Origin: an uncultured Alphaproteobacteria bacterium
GTDB lineage: Bacteria; Pseudomonadota; Alphaproteobacteria; Micavibrionales; UBA1664
Reading direction: 5' to 3'
Length of the DNA stretch: 64,000 bases
NCBI GenBank assembly: GCA_943789475.1
Contig: CALSUG010000005.1
Coordinates: 90,694 to 154,693 of the forward strand
Shown in pieces: positions 28,744 to 37,778 of this stretch. A program made the translations under genes and the position numbers. Below the pieces are notes generated by a model that was given only the letters and a program-made list of their open reading frames with translations, did no database searches and was not told where the DNA came from. Position 1 is the stretch's first letter. Each line of letters begins with the position of its first letter.

Positions 28744-29697
28744 TTAAAACTCCAAGGCTTGTGCGGCTTCCGATAAATAATCGGGTGAGTGATGTGCGTA
28801 ATGCTTATATGTGACCTTGGTTGATGTATGGCCAAGGTATTTGGAAACAGTTTCTAAAGGTATTTTATTTTGAACCATCCATACTGCGGCCGTGTGTCGT
28901 AACACATGTGCGGTTACTTCTAATCCACTACGTTCCGCAACACGCTTAATCCCTTTTTTAATGGATTTAATGGGTTTTGATCCGTATTCAATGACGTGTT
29001 GGCAGGTTCTAAATTTAAAGGCATCTTCTAAGGCTTCACGGCAACGTGTATTCATGGGAATTGTTGCTCTCCCCTTTATTCGATGTTCGCCCGTGGCAAG
29101 TTTAATAATACCTTTATCAAAATCTACTCTATCCCACGTTAATTCAAGAAGGGCTGTCATGCGACCTGCCGTTGTTAAAGCTAGAACCATAAATAATTTT
29201 ATATGATATGCATCAGCACAGTCTAAGGCTTTGTAAAATTCATCTTTTGAGAGGTAATAATCCCGAGGTAAACCTTCTGGCGGTAACTCAATAACGGCTA
29301 ATGTATTTTTATCTTTCCACATAAGGGCGGATCTTAATATCCCCAGGTGCCGACGTATCGACCAATCAGATAATGTTTTGCGTTTAAAGGCTGTATATTC
29401 GCGACATTTATCTTTGGTGATTTGATCAGGCCTGTATGCGCCGAACCAAGGTAACAGATGCTTATTGATAATCATGCAGGATGTTTCAAAAGAAGCTAAA
29501 TTTTGTTTGTCTTTTTTCCATGCCTTAAAAATTCCAGACACAAACTCTGAATTTTCAGTTTGGGCGCTATTGAAATCGTCAAACCGTCTTAGTGCCTCTT
29601 CATGGTCTGATGTTTTAAGGGATTTTCTTTTCGATTTTCCATCTTCAACCCAGTAAACACACCACTTATTTCGAAATTTTTTGAGTTTGTAATTCAT
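28744..29697 (-). CDS. int: tyrosine-type site-specific integrase
   Basis: 317 aa with catalytic-fold motifs ALTTAGRMTALLELTW (Arg), HVLRHTAAVWM (H-x-x-R) and LGHTSTKVTYKHYAH (His/Tyr). Confidence 0.85.
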   Translation of the reverse strand: MNYKLKKFRNKWCVYWVEDGKSKRKSLKTSDHEEALRRFDDFNSAQTENSEFVSGIFKAWKKDKQNLASFETSCMIINKHLLPWFGAYRPDQITKDKCREYTAFKRKTLSDWSIRRHLGILRSALMWKDKNTLAVIELPPEGLPRDYYLSKDEFYKALDCADAYHIKLFMVLALTTAGRMTALLELTWDRVDFDKGIIKLATGEHRIKGRATIPMNTRCREALEDAFKFRTCQHVIEYGSKPIKSIKKGIKRVAERSGLEVTAHVLRHTAAVWMVQNKIPLETVSKYLGHTSTKVTYKHYAHHSPDYLSEAAQALEF

Positions 29698-29887
29698 TGA
29701 TTGTATCCTCTACAAAGGCAATAGGAATCCTATATTCCTTTCCTAGCTTTAAATGCGGTATTTCGCCTTTTTTACACAAATTTTTAATATGAACATCTGA
29801 GCAATCAAATATTTGTGCAACTTGTTTTGGTTTATACATGACTGGCTTAAGCTGTTCTTGTGGTTTTTTAATACTTACAACTTCCAT
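29666..29887 (-). CDS. xis: excisionase-family / AlpA-like HTH DNA-binding protein
   Basis: 73 aa. YKPKQVAQIFDCSDVHIKNLCKKGEIPHLKLGKEYRIP is the excisionase-type winged HTH pattern. Sits immediately upstream of int. Confidence 0.6.
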   Translation of the reverse strand: MEVVSIKKPQEQLKPVMYKPKQVAQIFDCSDVHIKNLCKKGEIPHLKLGKEYRIPIAFVEDTINELQTQKISK

Positions 29888-30234
29888 TTTTATACTCCTC
29901 TCTAAATCCCCTTGATGAAGCCAGAACGCAAAAGGGAAGATTGTTCTGACTTCATGAAAGGGACGGTGTTATTCGTCTTTTTCCTCTACGGAATAAGTAT
30001 AATTTCCGTATCTAAGTATTTTCGTTTTTCCATCATCAATAATTTGTCCAAACATTACGGCCTGAAAGGTTCTTTTGAACATCGTGTATGAGATGACGAA
30101 CGATATTTTGAGTGCGTAAAATAACCTCATTTAAAGCACTCCCAACCCTGTCCAAAATCCCTTGAAAAATTCCTGCACGATAGGTGTGAAAACAACAAAT
30201 AAACACCACCAAATAACAATTTCAAATCTGCTCA

Positions 30235-30459
30235 TCACTCCCCCGATCCTTTTTGTTTTAACTTAAATGTAATTGGCTCATACATTCCCTTTGCTGTATC
30301 AACAGTGCCATCATTATATAAACGATGATCACAATCGTAAGTCGTTACGTATTTACTCCCATTTGGATCAGTTTTAACTCTTTTGACTTGAAATTTTCCA
30401 TTGAGCTTTATTACCACAAAATGAATTCCAAATAATTTATTTAGTACCTTGTATATCAT
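30235..30459 (-). CDS. hypothetical phage-like small protein
   Basis: 74-aa ORF with a strong RBS (GAAGGAGGTCAGG-ATG). Followed by further short, translationally coupled ORFs that I did not call. Confidence 0.45.
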   Translation of the reverse strand: MIYKVLNKLFGIHFVVIKLNGKFQVKRVKTDPNGSKYVTTYDCDHRLYNDGTVDTAKGMYEPITFKLKQKGSGE

Positions 30460-30754
30460 CCTGACCTCCTTCGATTCGTTGTAGAGATTGTTCGGCGTGC
30501 TGTTTAATTTCTTTGCGGGGATAATCCTGTTCGCATCGTCTTATCGTCTCCTGTAGCGTCTCCGTATCGTGTCATTGTCTTGATCAAGGATTGATGCCGT
30601 AAAATTGTCACGAACCTTACAGAAAATCTGTATGGTCTTTACTTCAACTTGAACTTCTTTTTTAATTGATAATTTCATTCTTCGTGTCCTTCCATATCTT
30701 CACCCCAACAAATCAGGCCGATGATTAGTAAAATTATTATGCTGGCAATCATTC

Positions 30755-31219
30755 TCATGCTGATTGCCTTGAATATGGTGCTTCGTCTCTATCACGACCT
30801 TGAGATGAAGCGAGAGGGGGTAACTCGGGCAAGGGGGACTGTTCCGATTTCGTGACCCTATTCTGTTTCGTTCCGTTCATTGCAAGCTCATACGCATCTG
30901 GAAACGTTAGACCTGCGCCACGGGATAGGAATTCAGCTTCTATCTGCATGAGATAATCCGTAAATTCCTTTGTTGTTAGTTTTGTTGTGCTTTTCATTGG
31001 GGTTACATATGTTTTTCCCGCCACGTCAAAGCTCTTAACGCCAATGAATTTCAATCCGCATAAGTAGTGCCATTCTTCCTTATCCAAAAGCTTGCCATCT
31101 GCTGTTTTTATCTGGCTGGATATCTCGGTTAACCAAAGCCAATACAGCGAATTTTGGGCAAGGCTTCGTTTTGATTTGAAAGGGCGTAAAACCACTTCAT
31201 ACAAAACATCGCCTTGCAT
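30755..31219 (-). CDS. NinB/Orf-family recombination-mediator-like protein
   Basis: KSKRSLAQNSLYWLWLTEIS and STTKLTTKEFTDYLMQIEAEF parallel lambda NinB (RSLDQNRKLWACLGDVS ... STSRMRVGEFAELLELIQAF), recalled from memory. Start set at the internal ATG at 31219, because the track N-terminus (to 31267) is antisense to an integrase remnant. Confidence 0.55.
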   Translation of the reverse strand: MQGDVLYEVVLRPFKSKRSLAQNSLYWLWLTEISSQIKTADGKLLDKEEWHYLCGLKFIGVKSFDVAGKTYVTPMKSTTKLTTKEFTDYLMQIEAEFLSRGAGLTFPDAYELAMNGTKQNRVTKSEQSPLPELPPLASSQGRDRDEAPYSRQSA

Positions 31220-31221
31220 AT

Positions 31222-31437
31222 GGCAAAGACACTGTTGCCCATGGTTTTCGTGCTCTTGCGAGAACAACCATTCGAGAAAAATTAAAATATGATAGCGAAA
31301 TTATAGAAAAACAGCTTGCTCACAAAACATCAAACCCCAATGGCGAGGCGTATGATCGCACGCAATTTTTAGAGGAGCGTGTCGTTATGATGCAGGATTG
31401 GGCGGATTATATTGAGGAATTGAAATGGCGGAGATAA
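31222..31437 (+). pseudogene. C-terminal remnant (about 72 codons) of a second, P4-type tyrosine integrase
   Basis: Hand translation gives GKDTVAHGFRALARTTIREKLKYDSEIIEKQLAHKTSNPNGEAYDRTQFLEERVVMMQDWADYIEELKWRR*. It carries the HGFR, xQLAH, AYxR and RxxMMQxWADY blocks of P4/CP4-57-like integrase C-termini. No N-terminal part exists upstream. Confidence 0.7.
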
Positions 31438-31727
31438 AAGATCTTAAAACCACTATTGATGGTGTGATAGTTTTATTTGATAGTGCACTTGGTAGTGATG
31501 TTGAACTAGCACCTCCTTTAAGAGGAAGAAAAAAGGGTTCGATACAATATTCTGATGATGAAAAAGCAGTTGATTGGATTATACAAGAAATAAATATATG
31601 TGATCTGGCGAGAGCTATCCATATACGAAATGCAATCGAAAAATTTTCCCTCAAAGGCGCTTCTCAAGAGGCTGTTTATGATCGTATTCGCAGAAAAGTG
31701 AGGATACGCATAAAAAGTGGGAATTAA
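31425..31727 (+). CDS. hypothetical protein
   Basis: 100-aa ORF whose start overlaps the integrase-remnant stop. No motif recognised. Confidence 0.4.
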   Translation: MAEIKDLKTTIDGVIVLFDSALGSDVELAPPLRGRKKGSIQYSDDEKAVDWIIQEINICDLARAIHIRNAIEKFSLKGASQEAVYDRIRRKVRIRIKSGN

Positions 31728-31838
31728 TAGAAGTCCATTTATTTCCATTTAGACCCAATGCGTAACAATATTTTATATGCTTTGATATTCCTATCGGCAC
31801 ATAGCCATTCATTTGAAACTGAATAAAGGAATATAAAA

Positions 31839-32015
31839 ATGACGAAAGCATACTCAATAGATGAATTTTGTAAATCATACGGAATTTCAAAAAGCTTTTT
31901 TTATAAACTAAAAAAGCAAGGTAAAGCTCCTGCAATAATGTCTGTCGGAAAGCGCACACTGATATCCAACGCATCGGCAATGGAATGGGAAAAACTTATG
32001 GAAGTTAGATCATAG
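31839..32015 (+). CDS. small HTH (excisionase/AlpA-like) DNA-binding protein
   Basis: 58-aa ORF found by hand: MTKAYSIDEFCKSYGISKSFFYKLKKQGKAPAIMSVGKRTLIS... RBS AAAGGAATATAAAA-ATG. Confidence 0.5.
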   Translation: MTKAYSIDEFCKSYGISKSFFYKLKKQGKAPAIMSVGKRTLISNASAMEWEKLMEVRS

Positions 32016-32037
32016 GTTTCCCCATTGAAAATTTTTC

Positions 32038-32205
32038 ATGCGATATTTAACTACAAAAGAAACAGCCCAATATTTGGGTGTTTCTATTCCCACACTTGCG
32101 AGGTGGAGAAAAAATAAAACAAGCCCTCCATATTTCAAAAAAGGTGGAATTATTCGTTATAGGCAGGATGATTTAGATGATTGGGCAACCGCTCACATGA
32201 GATAA
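32038..32205 (+). CDS. small HTH (excisionase-family, MerR-like) DNA-binding protein
   Basis: 55-aa ORF found by hand: MRYLTTKETAQYLGVSIPTLARWRKNKTSPPYFKKGGIIRYRQDDLDDW, the canonical excisionase-family HTH pattern. Confidence 0.6.
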   Translation: MRYLTTKETAQYLGVSIPTLARWRKNKTSPPYFKKGGIIRYRQDDLDDWATAHMR

Positions 32206-32320
32206 TAGACTATCAAGGCATATCAAATTGAACGGAAATTTTTCGCACATCAAAAATCGTTAAACCCCACGATATGCGGTCAATACAGAACCCTCTCGAA
32301 AACAACACTTATATAGTAAA

Positions 32321-32869
32321 ATGAAAACATCATATATTCACTCCACAAATCATTTAAGCAAAACTCAAGTCGAAAAATTATTTAAGGCTGGTGAAAAAGC
32401 ATTCGAATTAGATTGCCCATTGAGCCGCTTTATAACAATTCACTTTGATGATTATGCAGATCAAAAAAGACCACAAAAGTTTATTGTCGAATTTTTAAGC
32501 CATGCTCGAAAATGGTTAAAACGGCGCAATATTCCTGTTGCATATTTATACACTTTGGAAAATGGAAAAATAAAAGGGCTTCATGCTCACTTGCTAATAC
32601 ACATCCCCAACGGTTACCAAATCGAATTTAAAAGGGCTATGGCAGGCTGGCTTCCGTTTGAAGTAAAAAAACCTAAAGTAAAATTTAAAGGCATCCAATA
32701 CCCCCTCTATGATAAATTAACGCCATTTAATGGTTGTTACGGAACGCTACAATATATTTGCAAGGGGGTTGACCCGAAAGACACAACGTACGGAATAAAA
32801 CCTAAATACCAAAGAAAAATTATGGGTAGGCGTTGGGGGATATCTGAATTATTACTCACAAAGAAATAA
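32321..32869 (+). CDS. HUH-type rolling-circle replication/relaxase-like protein (putative)
   Basis: The three RCR motifs appear in the correct order: I RFITIHF, II GLHAHLLIHIP (HUH) and III GTLQYICKG (YxxK). Confidence 0.5.
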   Translation: MKTSYIHSTNHLSKTQVEKLFKAGEKAFELDCPLSRFITIHFDDYADQKRPQKFIVEFLSHARKWLKRRNIPVAYLYTLENGKIKGLHAHLLIHIPNGYQIEFKRAMAGWLPFEVKKPKVKFKGIQYPLYDKLTPFNGCYGTLQYICKGVDPKDTTYGIKPKYQRKIMGRRWGISELLLTKK

Positions 32870-33310
32870 TGACTTATCGGCTATCTGTAGGCGGGGGCAT
32901 AAAATTTGAGTTTTGATCATTTTTAGAAACCCTTATTTCTAGCCATTTTTGAGTTTTCTGATATCTTGAGAGGGGTATCAAAAAATGTACTTTTCGGACA
33001 TCTGTAGACCTCTATAAATTATGGGTTTGAAAATTTTATAAAAAATCTATCTCTTGCTATTCAAAACCACATGTCAGATACTTCATTTGATTGTTCTATA
33101 TTGGAATGATTGAGGCTTAAGAACCTCTTCAAACGCGGTTTATGACACTACCGTAAATGTGTCGCTACTCGATCTTTTGATCGGGTGGCGATGTCATGTC
33201 CAAGGCGTTAGCCCAAAAGCATCGCGCCATATCGTTTGAAATGGTTCTTAACACCCGATCACCATCGCAGAACATGCTTTGGTGATTTTTTTGTAATAAG
33301 GAGATTGGAA

Positions 33311-34237
33311 ATGGATGATACGACATCAAAAAATAAAAAAGCTAATAAAATTAATTGGACAATAGGAATCATATCATTACTCATTGCATCGTCGATGGTT
33401 GCTCCATCCAATGAAAGTGGTTCAATCATTAGTGCTATTTTCTTTTATCTGGTTGCTTTCATGACCATTCCTCCAATAGTCAAGTTTATTGAAGAGCGCA
33501 GAAGGCCAATTTTAAAAGGCAAAGCAAAAATTGGTGCAATTGTTATTTTTATACTTGCAGGCATTATCACAAGTCAAAATGCAAGTGATCTATCACCTTC
33601 ATTAAACGGACGATCTCTCAATGACAATCAAATAAAACTTATGAATCTCTTTTTAATAAATGACTATAACACGGCATGGTTGGGAGGCGATTCAGGCTTT
33701 AATAAAGATACTTGGGATAAAATTCTCGAAATAAATGGACGTGTTACAGCAAAATCAATTTTAAAAGATTTTAAACAAAATGAGGTTTCAGCTGTCAAAA
33801 AATATCAAGGTTTGTGGCGCGTTTCTGGAATAGTACAGGATATTGATGATAATATAACGGGTTCAACCGTTGCCTTGGATGGTGAGTTTTCATGGAGTGC
33901 ATTTAATGCCAAAATAAAAGATAAAAATACCGTCACCAATTATAGCAAAGGCGATAATGTTAAACTCATCTGCTCTGGAATTGATGAAACGATCTCTATT
34001 GTTTATGGCAATAACTGTAATGATTATGGTTCTTGGGTTAGCGAACAACTTCGAAAAATCAGCCAAAATCCAAAGCGTTACACTTCACACATATCTGATT
34101 CAAAAATTCATAGTGCTATAAATAAAATATTTGGATCAATTTCCTATATTGATGACACAAGTGAGTGCTACGTAAATGTACAATCGGATGGATGCCGTGC
34201 AGATTTATTATCTTCTTCTAAAAAAATAAGCGAATAA
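33311..34237 (+). CDS. membrane protein with OB-fold (tRNA_anti-like) extracytoplasmic domain
   Basis: RBS AAGGAG 8 nt before the ATG at 33311. Three TM helices, then ILKDFKQNEVSAVKKYQGLWRVSGIVQDID, which resembles the tRNA_anti-like OB-fold family. Confidence 0.5.
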   Translation: MDDTTSKNKKANKINWTIGIISLLIASSMVAPSNESGSIISAIFFYLVAFMTIPPIVKFIEERRRPILKGKAKIGAIVIFILAGIITSQNASDLSPSLNGRSLNDNQIKLMNLFLINDYNTAWLGGDSGFNKDTWDKILEINGRVTAKSILKDFKQNEVSAVKKYQGLWRVSGIVQDIDDNITGSTVALDGEFSWSAFNAKIKDKNTVTNYSKGDNVKLICSGIDETISIVYGNNCNDYGSWVSEQLRKISQNPKRYTSHISDSKIHSAINKIFGSISYIDDTSECYVNVQSDGCRADLLSSSKKISE

Positions 34238-34261
34238 AGTGAGCGTGGATTATTAAAAATA

Positions 34262-34780
34262 ATGTTACGTATTTTTTTATTGTTTACTCTTTTTTACTCA
34301 TTCTCATCTCATGCTGAAACAATGCCATACACCACCCAAATAAGAGGCAAACTGGATCGCGTTGTAGATGGCGACACTATTCGTATTCAAGGATATAAGG
34401 ATAGTTTTAGATTATATGGAATAAATGCTATTGAAGTTAATCAAACCTGTATATCTCATCATGGTAATGGCGAAAGAAAAGAAATTAATTATGGTCGAGT
34501 TGCCACAGAATTTTTAAAAAAGGAAATTCTGCACGATGATATGGATACAATAATAACATGTGATTTTAATGCTACTGGATATTATCAACGTCCATTGGCG
34601 ACGTGTTATGCACAAAATCAAATCTATAAGAAACTCAACCTCAACAAACTCATGGTCTTTCGTGGTCGTGCATTTGCTGATCATAAATATGCTAAAGATA
34701 GAGAATATTTGGCATTAGAGGCCATTGCAAAAAAGAATAATTGGGGTATGTGGCGTGGTAATATGAGGTGTAAAAGATAA
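34262..34780 (+). CDS. secreted staphylococcal-nuclease (SNase/thermonuclease) homologue
   Basis: Signal peptide MLRIFLLFTLFYSFSSHA. VVDGDTIRIQG...FRLYGINAIE...YYQRPLATCY...AIAKKNNWGMW follows the SNase pattern. The Ca-ligand Asp of GIDAPE is Asn here. Confidence 0.65.
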   Translation: MLRIFLLFTLFYSFSSHAETMPYTTQIRGKLDRVVDGDTIRIQGYKDSFRLYGINAIEVNQTCISHHGNGERKEINYGRVATEFLKKEILHDDMDTIITCDFNATGYYQRPLATCYAQNQIYKKLNLNKLMVFRGRAFADHKYAKDREYLALEAIAKKNNWGMWRGNMRCKR

Positions 34781-34877
34781 ATTAAGCCAGTAACTTTTAG
34801 AGCCTTTGTTCGCTTTTTTAATATTAACCAATAATGATAAATTTGACTTTTTGCACATCTGTATGGCATAAGAAAGC

Positions 34878-35126
34878 ATGACTAATAAGTATTTCAATGC
34901 TGTTAAGGGAGCTCTTGCTTATGAATTTAAGGGGGCTAATGAACCCGTAGGTGTTAATGTTGGTGATATGATCGCTATTCTTGCTGTTGCAGGCGCAATA
35001 ACGGCAGGTGCTTATTATTTAGCCACAAACAAGGATTCAATCATAGATGGGGTTCAAGAAACGTTTTCTATGGACGCGCAACAGGGCGCAAAGACGTTTT
35101 CGGCGCATACTCTGACCCTTGGATAG
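34878..35126 (+). CDS. hypothetical small membrane protein
   Basis: 82-aa ORF with one Gly/Ala-rich TM helix. Its 3' end overlaps the convergent 35068..35658 ORF by 59 nt, so one of the two ends is doubtful. Confidence 0.3.
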   Translation: MTNKYFNAVKGALAYEFKGANEPVGVNVGDMIAILAVAGAITAGAYYLATNKDSIIDGVQETFSMDAQQGAKTFSAHTLTLG

Positions 35127-35658
35127 ATTCGGGCTCTAAATCCTCTGGCCTTGTCACCGTCGTAACTTTATTGTTCTCACTTGGAAGTGTATATGCCAAT
35201 ACCGCGCCACCGATAACAGCCCCAATAAATCCAGCGCGGAAGTGAAATATAGCTTTTAAGGCATTTGATTTTTTATATTGATTTGCAAATTTCTTATTTT
35301 CTTTATCAAAACGAGGCAACGTTCTCATATCCATGCTATCTGCAATTAATTCGATATTATCTTTCTGGTCTAATGCATGTGATGAAAAGGCGTTGTAATA
35401 GTCTTTTTTAATTGTGTGCTTCACATGTGAATACAAAACCCCCGATACAGCAGAAAAAGCCAAAAATAGAGATGAAATAGTACCGCCGTTGAGTGCGCTT
35501 ATTACACTTCCGCCAATAACTGTCATTCCACCAACATAAACAGCATCTGCACGAAAATCTGTTTGGCACTCATTTGCTTTTTTAATGGCGTCATCTGAAA
35601 TTTTTTGCCATTGATCGGCAATATCTTTTTGTGTGTATTCATTCCCCATGAATAACAA
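35068..35658 (-). CDS. hypothetical membrane protein (glycine-zipper-like helices)
   Basis: 196-aa ORF with TM segments VYVGGMTVIGGSVISALNGGTISSLFLAFSAVSGVL and FIGAVIGGAVLAY. Confidence 0.45.
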   Translation of the reverse strand: MLFMGNEYTQKDIADQWQKISDDAIKKANECQTDFRADAVYVGGMTVIGGSVISALNGGTISSLFLAFSAVSGVLYSHVKHTIKKDYYNAFSSHALDQKDNIELIADSMDMRTLPRFDKENKKFANQYKKSNALKAIFHFRAGFIGAVIGGAVLAYTLPSENNKVTTVTRPEDLEPESIQGSEYAPKTSLRPVARP

Positions 35659-35868
35659 TTTAATATGTAAAAATTAAAAAATGATTAATAGGCGTAAAAA
35701 TTTAATTTGATAAAAAATTCACTACACTATAATCTTTAGTTATACATGCAATATCACATAGGAAATCGACTAAAGAAAATACACTTGGGGGCATAATTAG
35801 GGGCATAAAGTTAAATTTCTTTTAGTTAATCCATTTAAAATCAAATAAATAAAATAATTATTCGGTAG

Positions 35869-35885
35869 CAGTACAACCACCATTT
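35869..35885 (+). repeat. attR-like imperfect direct repeat of the tRNA-Val 3' end
   Basis: CAGTACAACC-ACCATTT versus CAGTACAACCCACCATTT at 28668-28685, differing by one base deletion. Confidence 0.6.
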
Positions 35886-36015
35886 TACTAAAATTTAAAA
35901 AAATATAATTGGAAAACTTTTTATTTGATTTGAGCCACTGTGAGTTATCTACAGGGAAAATATATTTTTGTTTTTGCTCTTCACGGGTGTTTGAAAAGCG
36001 CTTACACTTTTGACC

Positions 36016-36387
36016 ATGAATAGTGGTGAGTTTTTATCAGAGTATTTTCCAATACTTGTTTTTATTGCAATTGCGGCGGGGATTTCTATCGCAATGATTG
36101 TTGGGTCGTGGATATCGGGTATTCGCCGTCCAGATCGGGAAAAATTAACACCGTACGAATGTGGGTTTGATGCTTTTACGGATGCTCGTCATAAATTTGA
36201 TGTACGATTTTATTTGGTAGCAATTTTATTTATTATTTTTGATTTGGAAATCGCGTTTTTATTCCCTTGGGCAGTGTCTCTTGGCGAGACAGGCGTTTTT
36301 GCCTTTTGGTCAATGATGGTCTTCCTTGGCGTTTTAACCATTGGATTTATCTATGAATGGAAAAAAGGAGCGTTAGATTGGGAGTAA
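36016..36387 (+). CDS. nuoA: NADH-quinone oxidoreductase subunit A
   Basis: [32 protein letters not shown]. The ATG at 36016 is preferred over the TTG at 36010. Confidence 0.95.
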   Translation: MNSGEFLSEYFPILVFIAIAAGISIAMIVGSWISGIRRPDREKLTPYECGFDAFTDARHKFDVRFYLVAILFIIFDLEIAFLFPWAVSLGETGVFAFWSMMVFLGVLTIGFIYEWKKGALDWE

Positions 36388-36519
36388 GAGGGCAGTTTTA
36401 TAGTACAACGGCAATGTATGCATCTTTAGTTTTTAGAATGACTTTAGAATTAGAAGGGTTTGCACGGCATTGTGATAAAGTTGCAACTCATAATGTTCAA
36501 CAAAGGTATATAATTTGAT

Positions 36520-37101
36520 ATGTCGCATGATAGACACACAACAAACGCACCAAGCGTTGATTTAACATCGAATATAACAATCCCTCAGGATAAAAAGGGC
36601 TTGATGGATTTGTCCGCGCATAATATTGCGCAAGAGGTAAAGGATAAAGGTTTTGTCCTGACATCCGCGGATAAGTTATTTGATTGGGCGCGTGGGGGAT
36701 CAATGTGGCCAATGACATTTGGTTTGGCATGTTGTGCGGTGGAAATGATTCATGCCTATATGCCACGTTATGATCTTGACCGTTTTGGTGTTATTCCAAG
36801 ACCCTCTCCACGTCAATCCGATGTGATGATCGTGGCGGGGACGCTGACGAATAAAATGGCACCTGCATTGCGCCGTGTTTATGATCAAATGCCAGAACCC
36901 CGTTGGGTGATTTCGATGGGATCATGTGCCAATGGAGGAGGGTATTATCACTACTCCTATTCCGTTGTGCGTGGGTGCGATCGTATTGTGCCTGTGGATA
37001 TTTATGTCCCGGGTTGTCCGCCAACTGCCGAAGCGTTAGTTTACGGTATTTTGCAATTGCAAAAGAAGATTCAACGTGAAGACACAAGGATGATGAGGTA
37101 A
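36520..37101 (+). CDS. nuoB: NADH-quinone oxidoreductase subunit B
   Basis: [23 protein letters not shown] and CPP are the N2 cluster ligand motifs. Confidence 0.95.
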   Translation: MSHDRHTTNAPSVDLTSNITIPQDKKGLMDLSAHNIAQEVKDKGFVLTSADKLFDWARGGSMWPMTFGLACCAVEMIHAYMPRYDLDRFGVIPRPSPRQSDVMIVAGTLTNKMAPALRRVYDQMPEPRWVISMGSCANGGGYYHYSYSVVRGCDRIVPVDIYVPGCPPTAEALVYGILQLQKKIQREDTRMMR

Positions 37102-37106
37102 TAATT

Positions 37107-37775
37107 ATGACACCAAAACAACTTGGTTCTCACCTTAAAAAACAACTTAAAAAGTCATTTTTGTCTTATACGATTGAAAATGATGAATACGTTTTGACCG
37201 TTAAACGTACGGACATTTATCATGCGCTTCACGTTTTGCGTGATGATCCAACATGCCTATTTAAACAATTGAGCGATATCACGGCCGTTGATTGGCCAGA
37301 ACGAGTGTCAGACCGTTTTGATGTTGTGTATCACCTACTATCCATGCGTCATAACAAACGTATTCGTGTGAAGATTTCGACCGATGACGCAACACCGGTG
37401 GCCAGCGTGACCGATTTATTTGATGCCGCACATTGGGCGGAGCGTGAAATTTTTGATATGTATGGGGTGTTGTTTGAGGGTAATCCAGATTTACGTCGTA
37501 TTTTGACTGATTATGGGTTTGAGGGGCATCCGCTTCGTAAAGATTTCCCATTAACTGGTTTTAAAGAAGTACGATATGACAGCGAAAAACAAGCCGTTGT
37601 TTATGATGATGTGAAATTGCAACAAGATTATCGTAATTTTGATTATGAAAGCCCGTGGGAAGCATTGGAAACAGTGCAATTGCCAGGCGATGAAAAGGGT
37701 ATGACGCAAAAAATTGGGACAATCGATTATCGTAAAAAAGCAAAAGAAACGATGAAGAAGATCGGATCGAAATAA
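37107..37775 (+). CDS. nuoC: NADH-quinone oxidoreductase subunit C
   Basis: [42 protein letters not shown]. Confidence 0.95.
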   Translation: MTPKQLGSHLKKQLKKSFLSYTIENDEYVLTVKRTDIYHALHVLRDDPTCLFKQLSDITAVDWPERVSDRFDVVYHLLSMRHNKRIRVKISTDDATPVASVTDLFDAAHWAEREIFDMYGVLFEGNPDLRRILTDYGFEGHPLRKDFPLTGFKEVRYDSEKQAVVYDDVKLQQDYRNFDYESPWEALETVQLPGDEKGMTQKIGTIDYRKKAKETMKKIGSK

Positions 37776-37778
37776 ATA

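Larger units (their letters stand above)
28683..35885. mobile_element. composite integrative element / genomic island at the tRNA-Val 3' end
   Basis: Integrase lies next to the tRNA. An imperfect copy of the tRNA 3' end (CAGTACAACC-ACCATTT) sits at 35869-35885. The interior is AT-rich and phage/plasmid-like, and the core nuo operon resumes right after it. Confidence 0.7.

Noticed and set aside
29888-30754. Chain of very short minus-strand ORFs in the tRNA-Val element
   Set aside because: The ORFs are 33 aa at 30134-30235, a following 52-aa ORF, and 27- and 46-aa ORFs near 30480-30760. They are plausible phage-like coupled minigenes, with TGATG and TAAATG junctions seen. However, they are too short and motif-free to call individually without comparative data.
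31385-31980. Minus-strand ORFs 31385..31654, 31518..31748 and 31651..31980
   Set aside because: They overlap each other and the plus-strand HTH and hypothetical genes. This is AT-rich noise with Phe/Ile/Ser-rich translations.
35831-35846. Second near-match to the tRNA-Val CCA-plus-flank sequence (CCATTTAAAATCAAAT)
   Set aside because: It may be an older att scar, but a 16-mer in extremely AT-rich spacer DNA could arise by chance. It is mentioned under the island finding and not called as a feature.
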